Program-made: the position numbers and the translations under genes | Source of the DNA: Heptranchias perlo | Taxonomy: Eukaryota | NCBI RefSeq assembly: GCF_035084215.1 | Contig: NC_090343.1 | Span: 44,392,001-44,456,000 of the forward strand | DNA length: 64,000 nt | Direction of reading: 5' to 3' | Part shown: positions 35,576 through 50,700 of the stretch, piece after piece | Position numbering within the stretch: the first letter of the stretch is position 1 | Layout of the letters: every line of letters begins with the position of its first letter | Notes under the pieces: model-generated | Told to the model about the DNA's origin: nothing | What the model saw: only the letters and a program-made list of their open reading frames with translations | The model's database searches: none

Positions 35576-38500
35576 GCGTTTATTCCTCCACTGTCTCTGT
35601 GGGCCGAAACCAGGGACATTGTTATAATGAAGGTTGAATCAAAATTGGTAGAAATGAATTGGGGAAAAATCTGTACTTGCTGCTACATTTTTTTGGCGGA
35701 GTTGTTTGCTCTGGCATGCTGGATTACTTAGGGGGAAATGATTTATCATACATTTTTCTTGAATATCACAGGACAGTTGTGGGTGAAATGGGGAAATTAT
35801 ACTTTCGGCAGCTTACTCACAACCTGAGAACCTGACAGCAGCTTACTCGCAATCTCGCAACGGTTAACGGTTGTTCTGTCCAATACTGTTCATGTTCTAT
35901 GAGTTGATTTCCTGAGTGTCTGAATTAACACAGAAATTTCTATGGCAAAGTGAAGCAAGGAAACAGGAAGAATTTGACCGATAGAATCAATACTCGAACA
36001 AATTTGGAATAAGGCACAATCAGTAATCAGGAAGTCACCTGATATGCAGATCCTGATTCTATACTATTTTGAAGCAAGGTCAAGTAGGTTGTGAAAATGA
36101 CCAGATGTCAAGGTGCGATTGATCATTCATCCTTTGGTTTACTGATTGGATTAAAGCACAACAATTTTTTTTTAAAACATGTTAGTTAAATGTTGCACAG
36201 TTGTCTCTGTGTTCAGGAATTGAAGATCTGCAAGCCAAATCAGACTGATGTCCTTCATTTTCTGGTGTAGTCTCTGTAGAAATTGTTACAATTTGAGTTG
36301 TAGCACTTCAGTACGAGAAGATGTTAATGCCATTGGTGCCTGGTGTTCTTTATGGAGTTAATTCTGATTTTGGCAGATTGACTCCTTTTAGGTTGTGGTT
36401 GTGTTTGTAGGAAGAAATAAATTGCAATTCGCAGAGGAAGGTTTGAATTGGTGTTTGCCATTCAAGAGGATTCTATGTGTGATGCCATTTGGCTCTGGAG
36501 TTGACTTGTGTAAAACAGCTCCCAGCCACTGGCTGTGACAGTTTTGTAACCCTTAACACAGTTGGAAGACCTTGAGGACAACACAACATTTAATGAACTG
36601 CAGCTTTAGTTTGTGGGACTTTGCTGCGGGCAAATTAGCTGCCATGTTTCCCTACTTTACAGCAGTGACGACACTTCAAAATGCTTCATTGGCTGTGAAG
36701 TGCTTAGGAACGTGAGAGGCGCTGTATAAATGCAAGTTTGTTCTTTAAGGGTAACTGCTAGTAGAATTAACAGGATCTGACTCATGTAGCATCCCATCAT
36801 TGACTGGGTTTAGCCCAACACTGATATAAAATTCAGATTTCAAGGTGACAACACTGTCTAAGCTCATACAAAACTGATCAAATGGTACACTGAAAGGTTT
36901 CACAGAATTGGCAGGCAATTTAATGTGAAAGGACAGTGAGAAATTGCATGGGGAGGGTAAGACGGACAGGGTGAAACGTAAGTAAAGAGATATATCAATT
37001 TGTCCAGTATTTCTATTTTTTCTTCCAAACTTATCAGCATTTCCAAATAGTTCTGAGTGTTTTCCGGTACTATGTGACCTGTTATTTTACTGCAGTTATT
37101 TTATTTGCAGGAGTGCACTATTAACTTGCAAAGTTTCCAGAATTTCCAATCGTATGTTGAGGAATTCCTGAAATACACTTGCATTTTAAATTTTGTGTCC
37201 CAAATGGTTTTTAATCTTAACTGTTTTGGCATTTTGTATTAAATTTCCTAACAATATTTATTTGGGCTTTAGTTTTGAACATGGGAAGCTGAAGCTCTCC
37301 GTGTCCCATTAGGTAAAGGGACTGCCCTGTGTACACTGAGACAGACAGACCAGGCGATTGTGGGTTTGATCCCTGGATTAGCTGATTTCAATTGGTGTTA
37401 CAGTTGGCTTCTGTTTTTCACCCCCCTCCCCCAAACCCCAGACTATGGCTAGGAAAAACCAGTCCGGGTTCCTGCTGTTGTTTACAGGGATCCCTGCCGG
37501 AAAGTCAGTGCGTGGGCATGAATCAAAGACAGGTTTGGACTCTCTTTTTCAATATCCTGCATTGTTTAAACATCTAGAATGGTTACTTGAGCAAAGTATT
37601 ACATGTCTGCCCGCACCCATCTCAGCGAGTCAGTTTGTCCAGACGAAGAGGGAACTTGCTTCGCTCTCAAAGGCACCAATTGTTTTCTACTACTTACTGC
37701 TAGCTGCCTATCAAAAAAAAGGACTGTTTCACCTACTGTCGTCTCTAATTGTTTTATTGTTGAGCTTTTGTGGCCTTCAGTTCCACAAACAAATTCTTGA
37801 AAAAATCTTTTTTACAATTAAGGAAGTTTAGTGGAATTTAATTTTAGATTTGCTACTTTTATGCTAAGCAGTGCTACATTGGATGAGAAATAGTCACGGG
37901 GTTTTAATGGGAATTTTTAAACATATGGTAATAGTAAAGGGTTTATATTTCTTTTTAGTGACCATCCCATATTTGGGAAGAGTGTGGCCTCGTTAGTTAT
38001 CTTGCTGAACTGGCCCAAACCCATTTCTTGTTTTGTGGAACAGTGTACAGAGTAGGTACACATTACAGTAAATAGCTGTGTCAGTACGAGGCTGGAAAAT
38101 CATGCATGTTTGAGAATTGCTGGAATGGCATGAATCTGTGTTTCACTGCACATTTAAGGTGCTGTGTACTGGGAGCTCTCTTGCGGCAAGGTCAGATCAG
38201 ATTAGATTCTGTGTAAGATGTGTCCAAAGCTATTTTCATTTATTGCAATGTAAAATATTGTAGTTAGGATTAATTTTAGATTAAAATGGACATAAATTTT
38301 CCCTGTGAAATTTAGTCTTTTATAAGATCAGAATTTTAAAAAAAATTAGTCCCAAATAATTTTTCATCAGATTCACTGCCCCCGTTTTTCCCTCTTCTTG
38401 AAGGCAATGACTCTCCCTGGTCTACAGTTCCACCAGCACAAGCAGCCCTTTAGTACCTTACCCAAGGGGCCATTCTTCATTTGTGAGTTTATATGGTAAG

Positions 38501-40844
38501 TGTTGGCAGACTGTTCAGCCATGGAATTCATTACAGCCAAGTCTCAACCTAGGCACATGCGCACTCTTGCTTTCTAGCAGGAGTCACTGGATAGCAATCA
38601 GGAGAGGGAATCCATGTTGATTTTCCTACTCCCTCAGCCCAGGGGCAAAAGTCAATTCTAGTACTTAAATGAAGACTTGGCTGAGATCTGCAAACTTGAT
38701 ACGTAACAGGGAACAAGCCTGGGACTTTCTGGTCTGTCTGGCTTATAACAATACAGGGTAATGCTTTTATTCACTGCACCATCAGGAGCTTCACCTTCCT
38801 TAACTAACAGTAACTTGCAGGGGTTCAAAAACGCCTCATTAAGTTGTCCCATACAAACTTTGTAAATACCACTCAGCACTGTTGAACAAGTTCTGTCAGA
38901 ATTGTAGTCATAAGGGCACTCTCGAATGTACATTCTTGTCCTGCGACCTCATTTCATCTCTTTCTCTTCCTCCACCCCCTATGCGCCAGCCCTTGAAAGG
39001 GTTTTAGAAAACCACCGAAGTCATGACTCTTCTTGCTGTCCCACTGGACCTGACCTTTTGCCAGCGGGATAAAAATTCTCTGCCACTCTCGGGCACAAAA
39101 TAGCTTTCACTCCAAGCAGTAAGATGTGCCCTCTGCTCTAACACAACCCACTACCCCCCCTTTCCCAATCACAATAAGCATGTGAACAAAGAGCGTGAGA
39201 CATTTGTCAAGCAGAACAAGTGCTGCATGAAACTGCACCTGGGACCGGGAAAGTATCCAGAATTATGGGCTCCCTTCTGGCAGCCGCGCCCCATACCTAC
39301 TCCTAGCTGCCACCTCTTCTGAAGATTTTGCCTCCTGCTGGAGCACTGTTCCATGGGCATGAGCAGCTTCCCGAACCTCCATCAGCTGGCCACTCTTGGT
39401 GTTAGCCTAGACAGTGAGTGTATCCCACTGTGGAAATCATTACAGCAGAGCTCAATTTTGCCCTTACCAGATGTTCACATGTGCGCACTTTCCAGTAGGC
39501 CTCACTTGACCATAATGTAATGAATTTCTCCATCCCTGGCCTAAGGGCATTGAGGTTAATTGTATTACCTCAGCTTATTCAGCACAGACTAGGAATGAAA
39601 CCCTAGGATCATCTTGTCTGTCTGGCTTCATACTACATCAGCAATGCATTTGCCCATCAGAACATTGAGGAATGAACTGAAAATTTTTAATCACATTGCA
39701 TTTGAGACTCGTAGTCTGAAACAGAATTTGAAACCAATGTTCCACATACTTTCAGAAGTGTTTGCGTTAGTAATATGTAAATAATGCTGGAGCAGGATAG
39801 TAGTTGGTAGCCTGCTGGTTTAAAGTAATGTCATCGAACAGTGTAGCTGTATGTTGTGGGGGTGGGAATAATTATTTTAGAAACCTTTTCAAAAGTGAAT
39901 TTAATTGATATGAGGTTTGGCTTCAGTTTTGGCTGTATCATTTGTGCTAGCCTGGTCAATCCCAATGGTTTTTTCCGGTCCTGTATTGTACCTTTCTAAC
40001 TGGACAGGAAGCCGAATTGGTGCAAGTATTTACATACTCCATTAGCTCCAAAACCGCAACTTTTTTTTGAAATCTTAATTTATCCTAACCTTCTGAGCTC
40101 ACTACCCTTGACAAGAACTGTTGGGCTGTTATGAGACCTCCACCAGTGCTCCCTTGGCTGCCAACTAGGAGACACGAGGGCAGGACATTCCCCTTTTTGC
40201 TCGGTGCAGTTCATTTTGAGAACCTGCACTCTTTACTAGCTCTTTTGTTGCCAAATTCTTGCAAACATGTTTGCTATGCTAATAGGCAGCGCAAGCGGAA
40301 TTTTATTACGCCAACTTTGTTTTGCAGATGTTTAATTGTGCAAAAAGATAAAAATGATCCCATCTCCAGAGTTATTCTGGGCAAACTGTTGGTGAGGACG
40401 ACTGGAATAGCTGGTAAAGAGGAATTGTCAAAACTTGACCTTGTTTGTTGCAATCAGCAACACCTGTATGCTGCATGGGTTTGATCCATCCAGTGACTGA
40501 ACATATTAACCCTGTTTGGTAAGCTTAAACAAAAAACTACTTCTTGCTCTCTGCTTTTGTGCAGTACAAAACAATCAAAAGTTGAGTGCGTTGCACTTTG
40601 GAATTGTTCTTTGGTTATAACACATTGACATGTTTTATTCGTAGTGTACAGTGTCCTTGGTATATATGATACATTGTGTTATGGACCACCCTGGCGACTG
40701 ATCCCATAGATTGGTTGTGATGCTGTCAGTTTGTACTGCTGCACTTAATGATAGGTGAGTTTTGGTTGCATCACTAGAGCATTAGGATTCACCTAAGCTG
40801 GAGATAGTTTCAATTGCTTGGAGCTTTGAAGATTTGCAGCAGAT

Positions 40845-40978
40845 AGATTTTTGTTAGGTAAGGGTATCCAGGGATATGGAGCACAGGCGGGTAAATGGGG
40901 TTGAGGTGCAGATCAGCCCTGACTTAATAGAATGGCAGAGCAGGCTCGAAGGGCTGAATGGCTGCCTCCTGTTCCTAA
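40845..40978 (+). mobile_element. CR1 3'UTR fragment
   Basis: gatagatttttgttaggtaagggtatc...gggctgaatggctgcctcctgttcct. Confidence 0.7.
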
Positions 40979-43709
40979 TTTAATATTTTCCTCTGCTTGG
41001 TGTATGAACTATGTGGTGAGTGTTGACATGCCAACCAGCCACTGGCAGTGGTTAAGAAATGGAGATCAGATTCTCATTAATAGCTATTGTCTTGAAGGCT
41101 GCAGAAATCTGTTATCTGCCTTTTTGTTTTTGATTTTTTTTTTCCCTGGAGCTGGTTTTCATGAGTCATGAACTGTGTTTCTTATGTGGTTGTGCTTGGT
41201 CAAATCTGATTTATAGGTTCAGTGGAAAGCATGGGTAGGAAGGTAAGTGAAAGCAATAGGCCGAAACTGATTTTTATATAAAAGACATACAATGAATTCA
41301 TTGTTGAAAGAGGAAGTCAAAGAAAAGAATATATAGAGAAAGAAGCTATAATAATTCTAAGAAACAGGAGGCGTTTCGAACCAATGTAAAAGGGGAAAGT
41401 GATAGACAAATCATGCAAAAAAAAAACCTTCAATTCGTGTGTGACTGAGGAAATTAGCAGACCAACAATGTAAAAAACCACTCAATCCATCTGTGATGAG
41501 ATAGAAAACACTGGTCTGAGGTGCTGTTTACCTTGCTTCATCAGTTGTATAACTTAAAGCAGTGTGGGAATAAGCCACCCCTTCAGGTGGTTCTTCATGC
41601 TATTGCAGTCAGTTGCACCACCTCATTTACCGTACAGCGCAGTCACTGAAGTCGAGGCTGCTGGCAGTAGCGGCAGCTGTATGATAAATGTCGCACTCGC
41701 CAATCTTCCCCCTCCCTCCGGGAGGAAAGGTCATTGGAAAAATGTCATCTACACAAACAAATCTACTTGGGCGGCAAGTATGCAGGCAGTATCCCACCTG
41801 GGAATAATGCATTGTCATTGTTATTAGTCTGAGTTATTGTGACTGATGTAATTCAGGTTGTCATACGAAGCCTTGCTGAATAAAGTAACCCAATGATTAG
41901 GGCCTAGCATAAACCCAAGACGACATACTGGTGTGAGTGGTTCTGTCCAATCGTATGACTGCATTTAGGAGACAGAAAAAGATCCAGAAAAAGCCTTCAG
42001 ATAAATGCTTGATGTGCAGAAAACACACACATGCTTGATGTGCAGAATACATGAGAGGGGCTCTAAAAAGGAGAATGTACAGAATGATTAAAAGGGCAAG
42101 AAGAAAAGATGTGTAATACGGTTTGAGATGAGGACTAAGGAAAAATGTGGAGCAAGAACACACAAACTGATAAACCAGTGTCGTCTGGAAGGATGAACCC
42201 AATTCCACTGTCCTGTCCAAAACGGTGATACCAGTTTAAACACCTCCTGAATCCTGAGACCATTGCTTTCAATTTCCTTTTAACATGTTTTGTTTCTGAC
42301 CTGCGCTTTGGCTCAGTGAGTTTTTCTAAGGAGCTGTATAGGTTAGGAAGGTTGCAGGTTTGATTTCTGGTCTGTGTTAAATTAGCTGATTTTAACCAGG
42401 GCAGTGGTAAGGGCAATACAATTGGCCTTGTATCCCTGAGTTTGGGGGAGGGGGTTGGAAGAGAACATAGAACAGGGTTTCTGCTCCGTCAGGGGAAAAT
42501 AGATGTGGGTGAGGACAGAATTGTGCTCTGCTGTGATCTTTTTGTTTCCATCTCCCTCCTCCTCCTTTGGGATGCTTGGTGCTGCGTACAATTGTGTGTT
42601 TTTATTGGGGGTTGACAGAACTCTCAATGTACACGTACAGGCCAGTCTTGATTTTTGCACTATTGGCCTATACGTTTTTGGGAATGTACGACAGCCACAA
42701 ACATAGTGTCTGATGTGACTTGGAAACAAGTGCCAAGTTCCACAGGCACAAGTGCTTTACAATTGTGGTCATAATTGTGCACATGCGAACTGATACATGT
42801 GTAGTTGTTTTGGGTTGGTTGCCAGAGCTCTGAATTCCACCCCACAATGTAAACGGTGACTTCAGAGTACGAGGAGCCTTGACACATGGTGAAACCACTG
42901 CCATTGGAAGAGGTTGAACAATTTACTATTGGCAAGTATTCCCAAAGTGTACTCCAGTCATCGTCTTGTGTACTCTGTGCTGTTGTGTTCAAGAACAATT
43001 GGGAAAGGATATTTATTATAGGTCGCGTGACACAATACTTGTAATGTTGGCTTTGCTACTGGCTGGTTGTAGCATGAGCTGAAGATGAGGCAAGTCAATC
43101 TATTTTATCAAAAAGATAAGAAAAGAACTACTGTTTTAAATAGGTCACCTTGCTGTCAATAACCTTTTTGAAAATGGCTGAATTATTGACCATGTGGCCT
43201 GTGTTAGGCTTTTTTTTAAACCAAATAATCCAAATATGTACCTGTTACATTTTCATTCAGGTTTTATTATCCCTGTAACTTTGCCGTTGTTTGCTATTCT
43301 CATTTCAATTTGAAAATGCAGATTTTTGGGAGTATTGCTGCACTCCTCTAAATTGCTTCCAATATGAAGGAAATCCTTCAGCTACTCACCCTCACCCCCC
43401 CCCCCCCCCCCACTGCCCCAACCAAACCCATGGTGACCTTGTATTTGTGATAAGTACAGTAAAGCTTAGTCACTTTGCATTTACCTCCATTTTTTTAAAC
43501 AGTTGAACAAAATTGAGGAAGGGGATTTTAAGCAGAATGGCAAACAGCCAGAGCTGATCTCTAAGGCAAAACTTAGTATTTTTTTAGTGAGAAGCTATTA
43601 TTTTTGGCACATAGGCATCAACTGAAAGAGGAATTGAGCTTTTTTCACTGCTGCTCAGCTCTGCAAGTTTTTGCTATTTACAGGCAGAGGTTATGTACTA
43701 TCTTGTCAT

Positions 43710-44164
43710 GTCAGCCTTGGGTCAGTTGGTAGTACTGTTGCCTCTGAGTCAGAAGGTTGTGGGTTCAAGTCCCACTCCAGGGACTTGAACACAAATCTAG
43801 GCTGATACTTCAGTGCAGTACTGAGGGAGTGCTGCACTGTCGGAGGTGCTGTTTTTCGGACGAGACGTTAAACAGAGGCCCTGTCTGTCCCCTCGGATGG
43901 ATGTAAAAGATCCCATAGCACTATTTTGAAGAACAGGGAAGTTCTCCTGGTGTCCTGGCCAATATTTATCCCTCAACAACGCCACTAAAACAGATTATTT
44001 GGTCATTACCTCGTGGCTGTATGTGGGACCTTGCTGTGTGCAAATTGGCAGCATTTCCTACATGTCAATAATGACCACACTTCAAAAGTACTTAATAACT
44101 GTAAAGTGCTTTGGGATGTTGAGGTTGTGAAAGGCGCTATATAAATGCAAGTCTTTTTTCTTTC
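43710..44164 (+). mobile_element. Deu-domain SINE (SacSINE1-like), full length
   Basis: tRNA-like head (A box gggtcagttgg, B box gggttcaagtcc), Deu core and L2-like tail aaaggcgctatataaatgcaagtc. Confidence 0.9.
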
Positions 44165-45439
44165 ACCTGAACTGATTTTTATTCCTTTTTCTCCCCTCCT
44201 CTCCTTAAAGCACTGGGGTATATCTCTACAAGTACCAGCAAGCCCCCTTCGTGCGCGCGCGCCCCCCCCCCCCCCCCCCCCCCCAAACGAATCTGCCCAG
44301 GTGCCAACCTTCCCAGCAGAGTTCATTGGATAGCTACCGGGAGTAGAATGGCAGGTGATTTTAATTTTTCCCTTTGCTCCCTAAACCATGGGCACTGAGG
44401 CCAACCATAGCACATCTACCACCACACTGGCTCAGATTAACTAACAGCACAGTTTGGGGTGAACCTGCGATTTTCTTCGGCTGTATGACTCAGAGCGCAC
44501 TGGGCATATGCTGGTTCCCTGAGGCATTCAGGGAGTGCAAGTACCAGCTGAAATCATGAGCAGCATCTTGATTTTATTTTTCAGTACTGCCAATTTAAAA
44601 TATCTCTGCATTGTTTTTCATGTATTTCTGGTCTTTTTTTTATTTTACATATCCCTTTTAATAAAGAGTAACACTGAAAGCCACGGTCTTTCTGCAGAAA
44701 AAGATTGATCAGAACATTTTCATTCCTTGTCTTGACTTGTAAAATACTGAACTGGGTGCAGCTGGTAAACCAATCACGAACCTCTCTGAGGCATCAACAG
44801 GGATTCTGTGACTTGTTGGTGGAGCATGGGTGGCGCAATGCATTTGAATGATGTCCTTTCACCCTTGGGATGTGGATTTAAATCCAGGCCAAAATAATGG
44901 GATGAAAACTGCTCTCTGCTGAGTGAGAGGGAACTGTGAAATGAATTGAGAGCGTTCTCTTCGCAGTCCATAACATAACACTACTGTTCAAAACAAGTTA
45001 GGATTTTTTAAGCACACTTTAAAGCATTTCTACCTCGAAAGCTGTAGTCGTGTGTCTGAAAACAGGGCATTGCTTGACTATCCTTTGGCTCAGTATTCAA
45101 AACAACTTTTAAGGGAATTCTGCAGTAGAAGCTTACGGGTGTGATTTCTGCAATGTTTGTGAACCTTTCCTAGCATACCAATATGTCAAATTTAACTTCA
45201 ATATACTTGTTTATGCTTCACTTGTTTAAATATCCCGATGGCTGTTTGATGTGTCAGGATTCCCACACTAGTCTCTGTGCTGATATTGCACTCCGGAATG
45301 GCATCAGTGATGTCTTGGTGAGAAGCACCAGCTCCAGGTCTCTGACTCCAGTGATTTGGTTCATGCTAGTTTACACTAAAGTGTTAATCTCAGCAGTGTA
45401 TTGCCAGAATGCCATTTTACTGAAGGTTAGCCAGAAAGC

Positions 45440-45545
45440 AAAAAAACTGCAGATGCTGGGAAACTTGAAACAAAAACATAATATTCTGGAAGTACTCAGG
45501 TCAGTCAGCATCTGTGAAGAGATGAGAAAAAGTTAGTCAGGTTGT
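45440..45545. mobile_element. Decayed Penelope-type terminal repeat fragment
   Basis: actgcagatgctgg...ctggaagtactcagg...cagcatctgtg resembles a common chondrichthyan PLE end (from recall). Confidence 0.45.
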
Positions 45546-47175
45546 GCTGGATTTGGTGCCTAATATACTAAGATGTAACATGTGCACTCTGAAAATCAGT
45601 GCGCTAACCTGATAATAGCTGTGGCCCCTTCAACCTGAGGCTTGGACTTCAAAAATGCTCTAAGGCTCCCTGATTGCTCAGGGGATAAAGTCCCCACCTG
45701 GTCCTAGTGCTGAACTGTACAGACTAGGAACGTCACAGGTTTTACACTTGGCTTCAACATCCCTGGACTAGGTTGAAGGCAAAAATCAGCAGGGTTCTTA
45801 CTCCCGATTGCTATCCAAACACTGAAAAGTGTGCATGTCTGGTAAAGACATGATTGTGCAAGGCTGTGATATCACCATCGTCATGCTGATACTTTGGTGT
45901 CTAAATGATCACATGGGTGAGTTACCAGAGAATGACTAGAGTCGTGGAAGGGAAGTGGAGGGGGGAAAGAAATGATGGCAGAAAAGAATACTGTAAGAAA
46001 ATGAAGTGGGAATTGAATTTTGGTTTTTTACCAGCTGTTTGTACAGAAACGAATGCTGACAGACAGGATTTCTGTGAACCTTCCCTGGAGTATGTTCCTT
46101 TAAATAAATATGACTGGCTGAGAATGTTAGCAAATTAGTATGAGTCAGTGAAGACATCTTCATTGGGCATGCCTACTAAACCTGAAAATCAGAAATCGCA
46201 GGTCTGGCAAGATTCTCTTATTCAGAATTAACCTAGTGATCCATAATATTTCAGACGGTGAGAATATTTTAAAAACCTTTTTTATTACATATTTTTGCTA
46301 AGCATGTGCTTAATTAGACCACAGTATTGCATGCAGTTTTACTTGAGGAATAAAGTGTGATTCAACATCTTTTTTGCTTTTATTTCAAATTCTGTTTTAA
46401 ACTTTAAAAATAAAATTCCACCGTGAGTACTGAAGGGGAGATTTATTGAGCCTGAAAGGGAAAGGGCTGTTAGTGCAGTAGAAAGGGCAAGATTGTACCT
46501 CGCCTGTTATTCTGTTCTCTCCTACCGGCGGCCTAGATGACGGGGCATCACAAAAATACAGTTCTTGTGTATCAACATTTAAAACACAAAAATAAGCATT
46601 TGATGCTACCACTGTAGTTTTTAAAAGTGGTCCTGATGGTGAGTCTGTCTTTACCTAAAATTAGAAGCTAGAATGATCAGGCAACAGATGTAGCAGTTTA
46701 GCACCAAACCTTTTAGGATGTTCCTTTGGATTTCTCTTTCTTCTCCCCCCCCCCCCCCCCCGGCCTTCCTCTCCCCTCTTGAAGCCAAATCATGTTGGGG
46801 TGCAGACCCATGGGTACTGTCAGCCTTCCTGTGTTGTGCCCAAGTGGATGTTCATTTCCTAGATGTTGAGTGTTGATGGGTTACTTGACTATAGAAGGCT
46901 TCACAACTGAGCCCAGTCCTGTCCATATATGTGCACCATCCAGCAGAGCCATTGAACGACCCGGAATGAAAACATTTTGTGTTGTGTTAATCATTATAAA
47001 TCTAATAGTTAGCATAAGTGTAGAATGCTGTTAGTCAGGTGTTCCTGAGAACTATAATCTTTTACTTTTTAACCAGATGGCCCCCACCCAAAGAGACTTA
47101 CTGAGTCAAATTCCTGTCTTTTGTACCTTGTACCCATTTGGTGCCAGTGGTAACTAACTTTATCTTTTCAGCAAG

Positions 47176-47376
47176 ATGCCAGCTCCTGTTCGATTGCGGG
47201 AGCTGATTCGCACTATCCGTGCCGCCAGAACACAGGCAGAAGAACGGGACGTCATTCAGAAAGAATGTGCTCTCATCAGGTCATCCTTCCGAGAGGAAGA
47301 CAACACATACCGTTGTCGAAATGTAGCAAAACTCATCTACATGCATATGCTTGGTTACCCAGCACATTTTGGCCAG
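47176..47376 (+). CDS. AP1G1: AP-1 complex subunit gamma (gamma-adaptin), first coding exon (exon begins at 47172)
   Basis: [67 protein letters not shown] matches the gamma-adaptin N-terminus. Branch-like ctaac and acceptor tttcag at 47171; donor CAG|gtatgt; 201 nt coding. G1 versus G2 paralogue identity uncertain. Confidence 0.95.
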
Positions 47377-47779
47377 GTATGTTATGACCAATGAATGTGT
47401 ATTTTTCCCAAGTTATGATTTTCTTTATTTCCCTTTGTGTTTTTTGTTCTTGCTGTTTTGGGATCAGTGAGCCAGGAGTGTAGCCTAGTTTTTCCACAAT
47501 TTTGTAATTTTTTTTGTGTTCCAATTTTTTCCCCTCCCCTCCTCCTGAAGGTAGTGGCTCATGCTCTAATACAGGTTCATGGTGTCACTTGCCCTCAGTA
47601 CCTTGTCCGTGTGTCCATTCTTCGTTTGTGACCCAGTTAGGCCGTTGGGACTTCTTCAGAATCGTAGCCAAGCTCCATCCTACCCTTATCTCATAAGTAC
47701 ATGTGCACTTTTCAGCATGAGTCACTGGGTATAGATCACAAGCAGTTTAGCTGAGAGCTATTTAAATGTAGTTTCCAAT

Positions 47780-50700
47780 TAGAATCATAGAATTGTTACA
47801 GCGCAGAAGGAGGCCATTTGACCCATTGAGCCTGTGCCGGCTCTTTGTAAAGCAATCCAGTTAGTCCCATTCCCCCACTCTTTCCCTGTAGTCCTGCACA
47901 TTTTTTCCTTTCAAGTATTTATCCAATTCCTTTTTGAAAGCCACAATTGAATCTGCATCCACCATCCTTTCAGGCAGTGCATTCCAGATTACAACCACTT
48001 ACTGCATAAAAATTTTTTTTCCTCACATCACCTTTGGTTCTTTTGCCAATCACCTTAAATCTGTGCCCTCTGGTCTCGACACTTCCGCCAATGGGAACAG
48101 ATTCTCTTTAATTACTTTATCTAAACACTTCATAATTTTGAACACTTCTATCAAATCTCCTCTTAACCTTCTCTGCTCTAAGAACAACCCCAGCTTCTCT
48201 AGTCTCCACGTAACTGAAGTTCCTTATCCCTGGAACCATTCTAGTAAATTTTTTCTGCACCCTCTGAGGCCTTCACATGCTCTCTAAAGTGCGGTGCCCA
48301 GAATTGGACACACTACTCCAGTTGTGGTCGAACTATAGTTTTATAAAAGTTCAACATAATTTCCTTGCTTTTTACTATATGCCTCTATTTATGAAGCCCA
48401 GGATCCTGATGCTTTTTTAACCACTTTCTCAGCCTGCCCTGCCACCTTCAAAGATTTGTGCACATACACCCCCAGGTCTCTGTTCCTGCATCCCCTTTTA
48501 GAATTGTACCATTTAGTTTATATTGCCTTTACTTATTCTTCCTTCCAAAATGTATCACTTTGCATTTCTCTGCATTAGATTTCATCTGCCATGTGTCTGC
48601 CCATTCCACCAGCCTGCATATGTCCTCTTGAAGTCTATTACTATCCTTGTCATCTGAAAATTTTGAAATTGTGCCCTGTGCACCCAAGTCGAAGTCATTT
48701 AATATATACCAAAAAAAGCAGTGTTCCTAGTACCAGTCCCTGGGGAACACCACTATATACCTTCCTCCAGTCTGAAAAACAACCGTTCACCACTGCTCTC
48801 TATTTCCTGTCACTTAGCCAATTTCGTATGCATGCTGCCACTGTCCTTTTTATTCCATGGGCTTCAGTTTTGCTGACAAGCCTATTATGTGGCACTTCTT
48901 CAAATGCCTTTTGAAAGTCCATATACACATCAACCACTGCATTGCCCTCATCAACCCTCTGTTACCTCATCAAAAAACTCAATCAAGTTAGTTAAACATG
49001 ATTTGCCATTAACACATCCATGCTTGCTTTCCTTTACTAATCCACACTTGTTCAAGTGACTTAATTTTGTCCTGGATTATCACTTCTAAAAGTTTCCCCA
49101 CCACAGAGATTAAATATGATATACAGTCAGGAGGGAGTGGCCCTGGGAGTCCTCAACATTGACTCTGGACCCCAAGAAATCTCATGGCATCAGGTCAAAC
49201 ATGGGCAAGGAAACCTCCTGCTGATTACCACCTACCGTCCTCCCTCAGCTGATGAATCAGTCCTCCTCCATGTTGAGCACCACTTGGAGGAAGCACTGAG
49301 GGTAGTAAGGGCACAAAATGTACTCTGGGTGGGGGACTTCAATGTCAATCACCAAGAGTGGCTCGGTAGCACCACAACTGACCGAGCTGGCCGAGTCCTG
49401 AAGGACATAGCTGCCAGACTGGGCCTGCGACAGGTGGTGAGCGAACCAACAGGAGGGAAAAACTTACTTGACCTTGTACTCACCAATCTACCTGTCGCAA
49501 ATGCATCTGTCCATGACCGTATTGGTAGGAGTGACCACCGCACAGTCCTCGTGGAGACTAAGTCCCGTCTTCGCACTGAGGACACCATCCAACGTGTTGT
49601 GTGGCACTACCACCGTGCTAAATGGGATAGATTCAGAACAGATCTAGCAGCTCAAAACTGGGCATCCATGAGGCACTGTGGGCCATCAGCAGCAGCAGAA
49701 TTGTATTCCAGCACAATCTGTAACCTCATGGCCTGGCATATTCCTCACTCTACCATTACCAACAAGCCAGGGGATCAACCCTGGTTCAATGAGGAGTGTA
49801 GAAGAGCATGCCAGGAGCAGCACCAGGCGTACCTAAAAATGAGGTGCCAACCTGGTGAAGCTACAACTCAGGACTACATGCATGCTAAACAGCGGAAGCA
49901 ACATGCTATAGACAGAGCTAAGCGATTCCACAACCAATGGATCAGATCAAAGCTCTGCAGTCCTGCCACATCCAGTCGTGAATGGTGGTGGACAATTAAA
50001 CAACTAACGGGAGAAGGAGGCTCTGTAAACATCAACGATGGCAGAGTCCAGCACGTGAGTGCAAAAGACAAGGCTGAAGCGTTTGCAACCATCTTCAGCC
50101 AGAAGTGCCGAGTGGATGATCCATCTCTGCCTCCTCCCGAAATCCCCACCATCACAGAAGCCAGTCTTCAGCCAATTCGATTCACTCCACGTGATATCAA
50201 GAAACGGCTGAGTGCACTGGATACAGCAAAGGCTATGGGCCCTGACAACATCCCAGCTGTAGTGCTGAAGTCTTGTGCTCCAGAACGAGCTGCGCCTCTA
50301 GCCAAGCTGTTCCAGTACAGCTACAACACTGGCATCTACCTGACAATGTGGAAAATTGCCCAGGTATGTCGTGTCCACAAAAAGCAGGACAAATCCAATC
50401 CGGCCAATTACCGCCCTCTGTCTACTCTCAATCATCAGCAAAGTGATGGAAGGTGTCGTCGACAGTGCTATCAAGCGGCACTTACTCACCAATAACCTGC
50501 TCACCGATGCTCAGTTTGGGTTCCGCCAGGACCACTCGGCTCCAGACCTCATTACAGCCTTGGTCCAAACATGGACAAAAGAGCTGAATTCCAGAGGTGA
50601 GGTGAGAGTGACTGCCCTTGACATCAAGGCAGCATTTGACCGAGTGTGGCACCAAGGAGCCCTAGTAAAATTGAAGTCAATGGGAATCGGGGAAAACTCT

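Noticed and set aside
43710-43790. tRNA gene
   Set aside because: A/B boxes are the head of a SINE and run directly into the SINE body; the same applies to other copies.
49116-50495. 459-aa ORF as a host or domesticated gene
   Set aside because: It is a 5'-truncated LINE ORF2 followed by frameshifts and a poly-A tail, nested in another LINE.
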